From positions 177,568,001 to 177,632,000 of the forward strand of contig OZ024742.1 of assembly GCA_964016885.1 (NCBI GenBank): a stretch of 64,000 nucleotides of DNA. Reading direction: 5' to 3'. The translations under genes and the position numbers were made by a program. Numbering within the stretch: position 1 is the stretch's first letter; every line of letters begins with the position of its first letter. Of the stretch, positions 1-13,383 are shown one piece after another. Below the pieces are notes generated by a model. That model was not told where the DNA came from. It was given only the letters and a program-made list of their open reading frames with translations, and made no database searches. The stretch is from Eledone cirrhosa. Lineage: Eukaryota.

Positions 1-128
1 TTTTATCGACCCCGTAAGGGTGAAAGGCAAAGTTAACTTCGGCGGGATTTGAACTCAGAATGGCAAAGGCCGTAACTCTTTGCGTCAAAGCATGGCGTCC
101 GACCCTCTACCGATACTGCCAATCCAGT
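1..128 (-). mobile_element. tRNA-derived SINE copy (family A), cut by window edge
   Basis: Reverse complement has box A-like TGGCAGTATCGG, box B GAGTTCAAATCC and the core CTTTGCCTTTCACCCTTACGGGGTCGATAAAA shared with other copies here. Confidence 0.85.
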
Positions 129-487
129 GTCATAATCTAGTATAAATAGTGCTGCTATAGTGTCATAATCTAGTATAGATAGTGCTGCTGTAGGGTTATA
201 ATGTAGTATAAATTGAGCTGCTGTAGTGTCATAATTGTTTCTACGTTAGGCACAAGGCCAGCAATTAACCAGTGCATTACTGGTACTTTATTTTATCGAC
301 CTCGTAAGGATGGAAGGCAAAATCAACCTCGGCGGGATTTGAACTCAGATCGTAAAGTGACGTAACTATGCTGGAAAGCATGGCGTCCGATGCTCCACCG
401 ATACTGCCAATCCACCGCTATAGATAGTGCTGCTGTAGTGTCATAAGGAGGTATAAATAGTGCTGCTGTAGTGTCATAATCTAGTAT
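128..487. repeat. 33-bp minisatellite (TGTCATAATCTAGTATAAATAGTGCTGCTRTAG) interrupted by a SINE
   Basis: About 3 units at 128-235 and about 2 at 420-487. Confidence 0.8.
233..418 (-). mobile_element. tRNA-derived SINE, family A, full length
   Basis: Box A/B, core and 3' tail GGCCTTGTGCC...GTAGAAACAATT. Confidence 0.9.
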
Positions 488-2063
488 ATACTCTAGGTGT
501 AGTGTAACAATGCCGTGTGAAATTAAAATGTGATTTCGTTCTATTTAATGAAATGGTGTGGTTTAAGAGTGTGAGTGTAATAGTTTCATTGTTTGGATTA
601 TTCTCATACTTGGAAAGGATACTGCAGAATGCCTAAAGCAAGAAATCATCTAGCGTTTCCGAAATTTTTTGGTGAAAAATAAATGTTTTCAGTCTTTCTT
701 TTCGTAGGTGTTTACGTCTTCTGTCTGGTTGTGTCTACTGGAAAGATAAGAACATAGTTAGACAGTTATTTCTGTTCACTATTCTATATATAAAAGGCAT
801 TCATTACATCTCCTACACCTTTATCTGCTAGCAGAGCCGATAAAACATTATTTTCGTAGACAACTGAACAGATGAATACTGATGAGTGGTTTTCAGAACT
901 GAGATCAAATACAAGTTGAGCGTTACTAAAATAACGATACCACATATATATTGAGCTTTACGCTTTCATTCGTCTACTTTAAATAGTTTTGTAATTTATC
1001 TATCTCTGATATGACGAGCTAAACATACAGCCTTTACCTACTCGACTGGCTAGAAACAGGAGCGAGATTAGTTTAAAAAATTGAAAGACACATCAAGTAG
1101 TGTAGTCTTAGACAGCTTTCAAAAAATGTTAGGGCCACGACCCAAATGCCTTTCTTTAATGTGTCTCTTCCATCATAGTTGATCCGGATCTAGACATCAA
1201 CCTCCCTGATAACCATAAACCGATTCTCTTCACTTTGCTAAGTATCTCTAAAAATGTAAATAAACGTCGTCTTATTCGACGTCATGCGTAGCTACTTTAA
1301 AGCCGCTCCGTGGGTCAATAAAATCAATTAGAGCGTATTGAGTATTTCATCGTTTAGCTTAATCAGAGAAATATGTCAAGCATTATTGATATTCACAGCA
1401 ATGAAGAGTGTTTTATAATAGTTTGATAAGAAATGTAAATTAACGACCAAGAACAAATTCAAAAGAGAATTATTTCTAGATAAGTTTTAATTAACTTGCC
1501 AATCAATAATTGCTGGTTTAATTAGTTTTTCTAGTTGCATCAATGTTCATGTGCAACATAATCTGATTACAGCTTGTAGAGGTTAGTCAATGGTAGCACA
1601 CTCTCATTCTATAGCAACCCATTTGTCTCTAAACAAAACCGAAATTTACACATAAACTGCCGACAGCTAATCAATGTAAGGCATACTTGTTGATGTTCTA
1701 TAATATTATATGATGTTAAAGGTGTTCTTTTGGAATTTAACAATTAGAGATCTTGTTGATATCAGAACCTGGCTGACAGAATATATTGGAGTCATAATCC
1801 CATTTCTAAATAGAGTCCTGTAAAAGGACTTGAACACTCGTAGTTCATTCACTGTTCCCTCTGTTTGTAGTGTTCTGTTGTGTCTATCTATGTAGAGTAG
1901 ATCCAAGCCCACTAAATCCAGTCAGGAATAAGTATTTTAGCTACAGACACTATGAATAGACGTAAGGAAATAGGAACTGTCCAACACTCAATTGAGAAGC
2001 TGACGATAAGGTGTTAACTAACTATGGTTCTCGTTATTCTGCAAGAAAAGGTTTTATATTTAC

Positions 2064-2274
2064 CAGAGATAGAACAAACTTAATACTTCAAACTTTTCTG
2101 TCCCATCAAAGATAGCAATAGCTACATCATAATCGTCAATTTCGTCTATCATAACTGAATATGCACATTTGTTTATTTTAGTAACTGTGCCATTTATGGC
2201 CAATACAGTGTTATTCCACAGATTAAAATTCGTAGACTGTTTTATGTTTGCTCCGTCTAAGATCGTTTTATTAA
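2064..2274 (-). CDS. Candidate internal exon of an extracellular protein (diverged fucolectin/F5-8 type C-like start)
   Basis: Acceptor TTTTGCTATAG, donor GTAAAT, 211 nt open: NKTILDGANIKQSTNFNLWNNTVLAINGTVTKINKCAYSVMIDEIDDYDVAIAIFDGTEKFEVLSLFYL. QS...A-I-N-G...C pattern and several N-x-T sequons; domain call by eye. Confidence 0.4.
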
Positions 2275-2759
2275 CTATAGCAAAATTACTTTTGGCGTGA
2301 TTAATGTGTCTACATTTCTATGAGTTATCAAAATTATTTTTATGGTCCATAAATGTGAAGGAGGCTATATTTTTAATATTTTATGGTTATGATTATTTGT
2401 TTCTGCATTTATTTCATTTTGAATTTATTCCTGTTATGTTTGTTTTTGTTAGATTGTTCATGCTGTTATAAACGATATTACATACCGCTTAAAAATTGCC
2501 TTATATGCTGTGGATATGAACGTATTTTAAAGACTATCTTTTCATGTCCGACGTTCCTTTTTTTCCACCTTGTCACTTGAATATTCATTATTAAACTAAG
2601 AATATAATTTTGGAATGCTTGTAATTATATTTATATACATCATGTGTGGACTTGTTTAGTCTGTTCCCATATGACTAAGACTGCTATTGTATACATTTTA
2701 TCTTTATCTCAGTTACTACTTTTTGGATAAGCTTACTTCTTCCTCGTTCACTTATTCGT

Positions 2760-4600
2760 GTGAGCTTTATGGGGGCAGAGTTCTCCAACAGATTTTCCAG
2801 ATGGTCGTGTCAGAAGTAAACGTCTCCAAATGATACGGCTGGATCCCCAAGCAAACCAGCCTGTCTCATGGATGTTATCCATATATCTTGCTCGGGGTCT
2901 CTCCCTGGGTCTCCTGCTAGTTAGTTTTGTCCCTGAAATCTGTAAAACGATTCATTCCAGAGCCATTATAACCACATACCTATAAAATCGGAGCTGTGAT
3001 CTATAAATCCGAAGAACTCCGAGCTACGCACTCTATCGTATAACGTTACACCAAGACCATTCGCAGGAACACCATTTCGAGAGCTTCTATTCGCGAGCGT
3101 ATGCTATCGCTCATTACGCAAGATTCATGACCATATGTAAGGGTTAGCACGAATACTGAATTAAGGATATCGAGTTTGTCATTTACACCTACCTCCGTTC
3201 TTATGATTACCGAATGCTGAAGCTGGCGCCAATCGTTATACCATTTCCAACACCTGCCAATCGTTATACCATTTCCAACACCTGCCAATCGTGATACCAT
3301 TTCCAACACCTGCCAATCGTTATACCATTTCCAACACCTGCCAATCGTTATACCATTTCCAACACCTGCCAATCGTGATACCATTTCCAACACCTGCCAA
3401 TCGTGATACCATTTCCAACACCTGCCAATCGTTATACCATTTCCAACACCTGCCAATCGTTATACCATTTCCAACACCTGCCAATCGTTATACCATTTCC
3501 AACACCTGCCAATCGTTATACCATTTCCAACACCTGCCAATCGTGATACCATTTCCAACACCTGCCAATCGTTATACCATTTCCAACACCTGCCAATCGT
3601 TATACCATTTCCAACACCTGCCAATCGTTATACCATTTCCAACACCTGCCAATCGTTATACCATTTCCAACACCTGCCAATCGTGATACCATTTCCAACA
3701 CCTGCCAATCGTTATACCATTTCCAACACCTGCCAATCGTTATACCATTTCCAACACCTGCCAATCGTTATACCTTTTCCAACCCGGCTGTGCATCACCA
3801 TCCATTTTATGGAAACAATGAACAGGAGAGATAAAGGTATGTACCCTTGACGGAGACCGACTCCCACATTGAATGGATTCGATTTAGCACCACTTATCCG
3901 AACACAGATACTCGGCTATTCCTATAGAGACCTGAGGGCAAGAAGAACTGACCCTCGATCCCATATTTGAACTCCACAATCTCCCTGCATCTCTTTGCCA
4001 GACATTTAGCATAGACGTTTCTGGGGAGGCGTAACAAGGAGATCTCTCTGTAATTGGAACAATCTCTCTTGTCTCCCATTTTTGAAAATTGGGATTACCA
4101 CTTCCGATTGCCATTGCTTAGGAGCATTTCCATAGATCCAAACCACCCGGCACACACGAGTCAGCCAGAAAATACATTCTCTGTTTATGGCTTTTAATAT
4201 CTCGAGTCGAATTTCATCCGAAGGTGGCGGATGGCTTGCCAGAACAATTCATTTACTGATCTGAAGTCGGGTTCTAGCTTATCACCAAATTCCTCCTATG
4301 TCTTGACTTTGGACTGTCCTTGCTGCGATTCCTCGTGACTGCTTGTACGGCAAGTGGAAGAAGGAAGATTTATTTCCAAGCCAAACTTAGTAGGCTCCCT
4401 CTTTGCTCGGATAGCATCTTTGACTCCCTGATTGAACCAAAGAGTCACCCTGCCAATTAGCGTCACACTAAACCTCTTTCCCACACATCATTTAATATTT
4501 GAAGCAGACATTGCTGAGCTGAACAATCTTTCTTCCGTTTCTACATCATCAGTTTGCTCAGGGAGTTCTCTAAATTTGGATGCAATAGTAATAGCGACTT
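2760..4600 (-). mobile_element. Decayed RTE-clade LINE, RT half
   Basis: Fragments SNYREISLL..PRNVYAKCL, LTYGHESCVM..RIEALEMVFLR, LWFNQGVKDAIRAK; many stops and frameshifts. Confidence 0.85.
3231..3783. repeat. 28-bp minisatellite, about 20 copies (AATCGTKATACCATTTCCAACACCTGCC)
   Basis: Near-perfect head-to-tail units with one T/G variant position, inside the RTE remnant. Confidence 0.97.
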
Positions 4601-4639
4601 ACTGGATCCTACGCATCGACTGATCTCAGTCGATGCGTA

Positions 4640-5765
4640 GGAGGAACTCATATATCACTAAGTATGAGTTGTACGATCAACTTAAACATGTGCTGGACCT
4701 GGTTCCACTAACGGAAATGACGAACTTCGTTGGTGACCACAATTCTCACGTTGGTTCGGACAGATCTGGTTGAGAGAGTACCATGAGCAACTTTCAGCAC
4801 GAGGAGATCAACGACAATGGGCTCCGTCTTCCATCATTCTCTCCAGCCATCAACCTCGTCATGGGAACACCCACTTCCAGCATCCTCTGAAACATCAGGC
4901 AGGTGTGGTATCACCTCTACTGTTGAATGTTTTCATTGACATCATATGGCAATATTTCGAAGGAAGAGCCGGTGTACAGTTTTACGCCAACAAATCCGAT
5001 GACAGCGCCACTTCACCGAAGCAATAGATATCTGGCACAACATTGCCTGCTTCGCTCGACCATATTGTTTCAGGATCCATCCGGACAAGACAAAATTCTA
5101 ACAACAGATGGCTTGCTGGGAATTGTGCACCTTCTTGGCATTCAGATTGAGCAGATCTGCGAGTTCAAGTGTCTCTGCTCACTGGTTGCAGAGTAGAGAG
5201 TGGCGTCAACAACAGAGATCAACTGCCGAATGGGGTCTGTGGCTTCTACCTTTGGATCCTTTCGATATTGTGTCTGGAGAAAGAATCATATCTTCCTAAG
5301 GAACAAGAGCCATCATCTCCTCACACTGGTTCTACATGTTATTCTCTACAGGGATAAGACCTGGACCATTCTCAAACAAGACTTATGCATGCTCGAGGTA
5401 TTCTAATGTAATGTCTTCGGCAGATTCTTGGTGTCTCTCTAAGCGACCAAATATCAAAGAACAACATCCGAGAACAATTTCAACAGCAATTGTCAATTGA
5501 AAACCAAATCCGGTGACGCAGGATACTATGATTTGACCACGTCTGCAGAATGAGCACCTGAAGACTACAACGTTTTCGTGACAATCGACCTATCCACTGA
5601 AGAATACAGCGCAGTGCACCGAATTGAGTGCCTGAAATCGCAGTACCTCGACCTCGACCATAGTAAGACCAGTGCCATCGAGAGAAAATGAGGAAAGAAT
5701 ATTATCATGGGAGTCCATCAGCCAGCGGCACCCTGGAACTGCCAATCTCTTTGACTCTAGGTAGT
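4640..5765 (+). mobile_element. Second, internally deleted RTE-clade LINE nested in the first
   Basis: QAGVVSPLLLNVFID, IEQICEFKCLCS, TEINCRMGSVASTFG..VW and KTWTILKQD..LEVF resemble RTE RT and C-terminal motifs. Confidence 0.75.
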
Positions 5766-5769
5766 CTCA

Positions 5770-6630
5770 AGTTTCAGATAACTAGGTGGTGATCATTTGA
5801 CAGTTCAGTCACTCTCTTAACCCCAACATCAAGCACAGAATCGAAGAGATCAGAGACAATAACAAAATCAAATATTGATCTCTGTCCCTGTACCCTTTAT
5901 ACCATGCATATTTATGGATGTCTCTGAGCTCGATGAAGGTGTCCATAACATAGCTAGAATAAAGGTCTAATAAGGTCACTAAGTTCGTATTTAGATCAGG
6001 ATAACCACCATTCCTTCCAATCACTCCTTTCGATATCAAATGGTCAGTGCCAACATGTGCATTGATGTCTTCCATTAGGATATATGACGCATTCTTAACT
6101 ACATCTCTCACACTGCAATGACTTCATCACGGAAGGATCTGTATTCGGACAAGTTGTTTGGTGCATAAACATGCACCCGTCTTCCCATCCCACACATTTC
6201 AGCTTACATTTCAAGAGGTAAAACATATCTCGTCATGATATCCAGTCCATAACACATTCTGAACGCCTGGGGCCTGTGAGTATCTCCACAGCCGCCTGAG
6301 CTATCATTTATGGCACCACACCTGGATAGTGTAGTTTCCATCCTCCATCTAACTATACAGTACCAGAGCCATGGAACTTTGTTGAGGAAACCCCGACTAT
6401 ATGCTAGATGATATCTAGCCGATATCATCTACCATCGACAACTAGTTCATGTTCCATGCCTGCAAGAGTTGTGATGTTCTAAGTTCCAATTGTTAAGGTT
6501 TGCCCCCTTCCGAACCCTTTTTGGGGTCTCGAGATACACAATATTTGGGCGTCAATCCCACGCCTCCCAGGACAGGTAGCAGGTCCATCACAAGTTTTTC
6601 CTGGAGACCGAAATGGTGACGGCACATTGC
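5770..6630 (-). mobile_element. RTE-clade LINE, AP-endonuclease part and 5' region (continues 2760-4600)
   Basis: ILMEDINAHVG..VIGRNG..DLN..HKYAWY (APE-like); 5' sequence ACGCCCAAATA..ACCCCAAAAAGGGTTCGGA shared with the RTE at 44.1 kb. Confidence 0.8.
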
Positions 6631-6855
6631 GTATATTTTTACGAAATATTTTATCAGCAGCGTAGTAACAGATTTTACTAGTATCTTGATAATTATAGAG
6701 AAAGACAGATTCGTTCAAAACAACAAGTGAGACGATTTATAAATTTCTGACACCTATAATCTTTACATTTTGTATTTATTTAAACAATAAAAATATTTAC
6801 AAGCTGCAATTTATCTATGACGTCACTGCGTTTTAAGCTCTTCCCACACATTTAT

Positions 6856-6875
6856 ATATACGTACGTATATATGT

Positions 6876-6974
<99 letters not shown>

Positions 6975-7165
6975 GGTGTGTGTGTGTGTGTGTGTGCGCG
7001 CGTGCGTGCGTGCGTGTGTGTGTGTGTATGCCTGTGTGTGTATTTACGTATATACATATATACGTATATATTTACATAAATATATGCATACATGCACATA
7101 CGTTTCTTATATGTATGCATATATATGGATATATATGTATTTTTATGTGCATAGATGTGTATATA
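6856..7165. repeat. Compound (TA)n/(TG)n microsatellite
   Basis: Directly visible. Confidence 0.95.
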
Positions 7166-8611
7166 TGTATCTCTCTGAGCAGGTGTGTTAAATAGACACA
7201 CACGAATCTCACAAATCATCAACAACAGGAATTGGTAATGTATACTCTGTTACGTTTATGTAATAATTATGCACGCAGCATAACCTGATGTTTAAGAATT
7301 TCGCTCCGCAACCATTATCTCCAATGTTCGAACCAGCTGCGTAGTATCTTAGGCAAGTATCATTTAGTATACTCAGACTTGATCTAAGCCTTTTTAGTAA
7401 AGCTGGGTGGACGAAATCTGTTTGGAAGCTCGTTAGATGGAATATTCCTGTAATTCAAATATCCATCTTCTTATACAGTGTGTCACTCTGCATCTCCCAG
7501 AGACTTGTGCTAAAGGTGAACGTATCTATACGTACGATTCTCAGTCATTTGTCCATTATGTTCACGGGCAGTCTGTTCAGTTGACCGAATAACTGGAACT
7601 TTCATCGTCGAAACTGAAGAAAATCCAGTGCATTCCACAAAATTTCATCATCATCATCATATCTTTTACTGCTATGAACCAGACACGTACTCTTTAAATA
7701 TTTCTCTCTGCCCATCGAATAATTTGTACAAGCGGGAATGTAAGATTGAACATACGGTTATTGATTTTGTAGGTAAGTCTACTCAACATTGGATTAGTTA
7801 TATTCGAACGTTCTTAAAGTTAATTAAATGGGAAGTATTTTTAAGGAAACTCATTTCAATTTGTGTATTTCTGCGTCATAAACGTGACGTACGTACAAAA
7901 TCACATTGAAAGGAAGATTAGCAGAGAAGATTAGCTGACCTCACAATATTCGAAATGAAGAACTGAAAGTGTTAAATTAGAAACATATCCTATTGTTTTT
8001 AAATAGAATCCTTTAAAATCCCATGAAATGGAAGTTAATACGTATCATAGTTTGATGATGCAGTATGGAAAGTGTGCTGAAGATAGACGTTCAGAGCATT
8101 CTAATTGAATGTGGAAGTATATTACACCAGACGATTGAAACACTATAGGACAGATGAATATCACCTTGATAAATTTATTTAAAAGAAAGACATGTCACCA
8201 GTGATGGAATATTATCAGATTAATTGTATTGAAGTATCTAATATTGTTAGCTTCTGCTCTGTATTCAAATTCTGTACATATCATTTTACTAAATAAACTA
8301 TTTATAAATAATTCACTACAGTTATCTTTTTATGTATATCTATTTCGTCTTTAAATATTAAATATATGCTTATTCGCAATGTTCAACATAATTGATCTAT
8401 GAGTAGAGAAATGGTAGAGTCGTTCGAATGTTGGATAGAACGCTTTTCCTTACGTGTTCCGGCTCTCTGCTCTCTCCAATTAAATGCCACTGGGTTAACT
8501 TTAGCTTTCATCCTTTCGATAACTCGTACTTATTCCGCTATATCTCTTTCTTACTTCCCTCTATCCATCTCTTTCCCTCTTTCTGTGGAAGAGATCGGCT
8601 GTGCTCCGACT

Positions 8612-8612
<1 letters not shown>

Positions 8613-8703
<91 letters not shown>
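8613..8703. repeat. (GA)n microsatellite
   Basis: Directly visible. Confidence 0.98.
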
Positions 8704-8706
<3 letters not shown>

Positions 8707-11070
8707 GGGGGAGAAATATAGGCTCCGCTAGGTTTTAAGTGCCTAAGGCACGTTGTATATCATGACTGTGTTCTTCGACCCCATCATTTATTTGTATGGC
8801 AATAGATTGGTGGAACCGTTAGAGTGTCAGGCAAAATGACTTCCGCTCTATGTTCCGAACATTCATTGCTATCCACTCCATCGAGACCCGATAGGGAATT
8901 TCTATTCTAATTTAAAACTTGACGCGAACAACCTTTTATATTCATCCGTCCGGAGTCGATAAAGTAAAACAAAAAGACAAAAATAGTTCAGGATTGGGGC
9001 ATGCCAGTATTTGGGAGATGGACAAAACAATTTATGCATTTCTTCTGGGTTTTTACGTTGTGAGTTCCAAGATAGATATGACGAAAATACCTCTACCTCA
9101 GTTATATTCATGGGCATATTGTTTTATTCTATGAATATTCTCCAGTTATTTCAATGAGACTTTAATAAAATGGCATTGTGGAAGCGTCCAACGTCCTTAC
9201 TATGTTCTGTCAGGTTTCCACATGATAACTATTTCTATTCAATTGCTATAATAGTTTATATTTATGAAAAAAAAAGAGAAATATAATTCCATGGCCCTCG
9301 TGAATATACAAATGGTGGTTCTCAAAAGGAGGGATGAATGTAAATTAAATATAGAAATTATAAGGTAGTGTTAGTTTCCTAAGTTATTAGCTTTATTTTA
9401 AGGATTATAATTATAAGTTTAAATATTAGGATTTTATCATAATTCCTGTTCTATAAAGAGCACGTTTTAATTTGTTGTTACTTCATAATTCCGGCAGAGG
9501 GAATTGTGAATATTTATGTCCTATGACGGCGAAAAGGATACACTGAAAGAACCTTTCCATTTCATAAGTGTTCTTTCTTGTGCATGAATATCTGCACCCC
9601 AGAATCGGCTTAAATCTGTCAATTGGGACAATTTCTTGACTTGAGTAAATCCCTGTTATCTATGAGTGGTTGAGAATATTTGATAATAGATGATATAAGT
9701 GTGAATAAGACAATAGTCAGATTTGAAGAGGGAAGCAATTATTCTATTAATTTCTTACCATTGCTACTATCTGCAGGTCGAAACTCCTGGAAGAAGGGAG
9801 CTGGATTTGAATTCAGAATCATCACATCCCCTAGATTAGTATTTTATTTATCGACAACTTATGAAACGCAAAGTTAACCTCAGCGGAATTTGAGCTCAGA
9901 ACGCAATGAAACAGAGAAAGTGGCAAGATATTTAACGCTCTAATGATTGTACCAAATCGCTACCAGCTTACTGGTATATCCTTGTACAAGAGAACCAACA
10001 ACGAACGTATTTTTTCTTTAAAATCTACTCAAGATTATCTGTTTAGTTTTCAATTACTATGTGTGACAGGAGCTATATATCAGAAGATAAATCCCAATGT
10101 GTGGTCCTTGTTTATATTTCCACTTGAAGTGAACTATCGATAAACAAATATAGCCTGTCATCAATCTAAATTATCAAAAAACAAAACAAAACACGTTTCG
10201 GATGTGACATCCTTTTGAAAAAATGTATTATCTCTGCAATCTTGATATATTTTCGGCGCTTCTGATCGATGCACCTTCGGATTTTCATTTTCTGCAATAT
10301 TTTATCTTTGCATATAAAACGTGGTGTGTGTGTGTGTGTGGGGGGGGGGGGCTCCTCCGCCTATTTGAAGATGAGTGCTCTAGTCGTTCCCTAAATGAAA
10401 TGTCCTCTCCTCTTCATTCTCCTGATATTATTGAGCAAGTGATTGAGCATTCCATAGACACATGTAGACAATATACTGAGATTGTCAATTTGTGACAAAT
10501 CTGACTTTTTCAATTACTGGTAAATTTTATTAAACAGAGTTCTAAATATATTTTATTTACCCAACTTTACTCGCATTCTCCCATCACAACATTGTATGTA
10601 GTGGAATCGAGGTCCTGGCCTTATGATTGTAAAGCAAGCAACTTAATCATTTGGCCATGCTGCATTCAAGAAATTATATATTATATATTCTACACAGCGT
10701 AAATCTATTTCTCCTCCTACGTTGGATTTTAAAATTGTGTTGTCAACAGAATGCTCGTGGGAAGCTCATATACTCTCGTTTTCAATATCATAAATCAAGA
10801 TCTTTATAACTATATAAAAAGCTATCATATTTCATAAAATGATGTATATGAAAAAGAGGGGACTAAGAGATAGCACTGGGAGGTTTGTGAAAGAGAAGAA
10901 AAAAGAACTTAGAGATAAAGAATGGGAAACAGTGTGGATATGGAAGAAATTGTGAGAAAAATACGTGCAAATTTAGAGGTGAGGGGACGATATCAGAAAA
11001 AAGTAATGCCGAAACAATATGGTAGCCAGAGAAAGCTCAGTAGTAGTAAACAGCAAAATATAAAGACACA

Positions 11071-11110
<40 letters not shown>

Positions 11111-11133
11111 ACACATACACACACCCACACACA

Positions 11134-11202
11134 CGGGGTAGATAAAATAAAGTACCAGTAAAACACTGGGGTAATAGCTGGCCTTGTGCCACAAGTAGAA
11201 AC

Positions 11203-11242
<40 letters not shown>

Positions 11243-11370
11243 GTTTCTACTTTTGGCACAAGGCCTGCATTTACTCAGTGTATTACTGGTATTTATTTTA
11301 TCGACCCCGTAAGGATGAAAGGCAAACTTAACCTCGGTGGGAATTGAACTCAGAATGGCAAGGGCCGTTA
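11134..11370. mobile_element. Two partial family A SINEs tail-to-tail around a (TA)n tract
   Basis: + copy 11134-11206 and - copy 11238-11370, both ending GTAGAAACAATT at the TA array. Confidence 0.85.
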
Positions 11371-11702
11371 TTTTAAATTTTGTTTAATTTACAATTAGTT
11401 TAAATTTTGAAGTTCGGACTGATCTGCGGAAAAAGTTTGTATTTTGAAATTTAAACGTGTCTAGGTACCAAGGCCTTTTGCCGTTATGTGTTTGTGAGTA
11501 TTGATTTATTATTTTTTAGATCGACACAGGCAGACTATATGTATTTGAATTAAGATATTTCATTCTAGCTATTTTATTGTCAATTACAACAAAAACACGT
11601 AAGTGTTTATCATATATTAATTTATACTGCTCAGAAATGATTCTTAGAGCTAAAATAATTGTAAATGACCCCATTGAGTGTAAACTCTAAATTATATTAT
11701 AT

Positions 11703-11734
<32 letters not shown>

Positions 11735-12196
11735 CAATTCTAGTCCTGTAGAAGTAATTTATATATACACACACACATACATGCATACATAAATACATAC
11801 ACGACTTACGAAAGTAATTTCAGCGATCACACTCAATGAATCAATGAGGATGCTGTTTTGAAATTGCATCTTGATGTTTAGATTGCAAACACCATAGGTA
11901 AATAATAAGTCCAGTGATTGTGTTTAGGTAAGAATACGTTATGTATCTAGCTCCTAGACGGATTCCGTTTCTGTGTAATATTCTGTCGAAAAACAGTTAT
12001 TAAAACTGAGGTGTCCATAAAATTGTGTATGCAATTTGGCAATTGAACGTCCTCAGCAGGTTAACGCCCAACTGAGTCCATATGTGATCAGTGTGTGCAT
12101 ACTAGCACGTATTGCTCCGATAAATCTAGCAGTCAATCACTAACATAAACCGTCACCTCTAAACACATCTTTGTATATATATATATATATATATAT

Positions 12197-13346
12197 GAAA
12201 AAGTTTGTCCTCATCAGTGGCCATCCAACCGTCGTAGGCATTTCGTCGCATTAAAGGCCATATACCTCAGGTTGGTGCGAGCAACGGCTAAAAAAAAGTC
12301 GTTGGGACACGTAAATAAAGGGGACGCTAGGGTAAACAAACAAAATGGTTTAAGCAGCAGAAAGTGATGAAGAAGGAAACAAGTCCCAGATTTCTATGAA
12401 TATAAATTCGGTGGAATCGTGAACGAGAGAATAAAGACCATCAAACCTGGTTGAAATGTGAGCAAGGAAGGAATTTCGCACAGATCTAACGGGAGGAAGA
12501 AAGGGTCTGGTCTGCGAATTCGGTAAACATAAGTTCTGTGAAGTCGCAGACGAGAGAGAGAAAAAAAATTCATACCGGCTTTGCCAAGTGCCCGCGAGAA
12601 AAGGATTACGGACAGGTCAAACGGAAAGAAAGGGGAGGAGGAGAGGTAGTGACAGAGAGTGAGTGAGTGAAAGGTGAGGAAGAGGCTAACAGAGAGAGAG
12701 ACTGCTAGAAAGGGTAAAGACACAAAGAACGAAACAGACTGGTGGCAGCGGAGGAAAAAATATGTGTAAATATGATAATAATGGAGCTGCGGCGCTGCAA
12801 ATAGGTTACATATGAAAAAGTTTGTCCTCATCAGTGACCATCCAACCGTCGTAGGCATTTCATCGCATTAAAGGCCATATACCTCAGGTTGGTGCGAGCA
12901 ACGGCTAAAAAAGTCGTTTGGACACGTAAATAAAGGGGACGCTAGGGTAAACAAACAAAATGGTTTAAGCAGCAGAAAGTGATGAAGAAGGAAACAAGTC
13001 CCAGATTTCTATGAATATAAATTCGGTGGAATCGTGAACGAGAGAATAAAGACCATCAAACCTGGTTGAAATGTGAGCAAGGAAGGAATTTCGCACAGGT
13101 CTAACGGGAGGAAGAAGGGGTCTGGTCTGCGAATTCGGTAAACATAAGTTCTGTGAAGTCGCAGACGAGAGAGAGAGAGAGAAAAAATTCATACCGGCTT
13201 GGCCAGGTGCCCGCGAGAAAAGGATTACGGACAGGTCAAACGGGAAGAAAGGAGAGGAGGAGAGGTAGTGACAGAGAGTGAGTGAGTGAAAGCTGAGGAA
13301 GAGGCTAACAGAGAGAGAGACTGCTAGAAAGGGTAAAGACACAAAG

Positions 13347-13348
<2 letters not shown>
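12197..13348 (-). mobile_element. Tandem (about 1.9x) 615-bp unit, Penelope pseudo-LTR-like
   Basis: 12197-12810 is repeated at 12811-13348; flanked by (TA)n; minus strand ends ...GAAATGCC...CACTGATGAGGACAAAC, homologous to the 29812 family. Confidence 0.6.

Positions 13349-13379
<31 letters not shown>

Positions 13380-13383
<4 letters not shown>

Noticed and set aside
1706-1912. 68-aa minus-strand ORF
   Set aside because: Non-ATG start, no recognisable motif, likely intronic
3046-3686. Repetitive ORFs and CRISPR-like periodicity
   Set aside because: Pure 28-bp tandem repeat with no spacers; the ORFs are artefacts of the repeat
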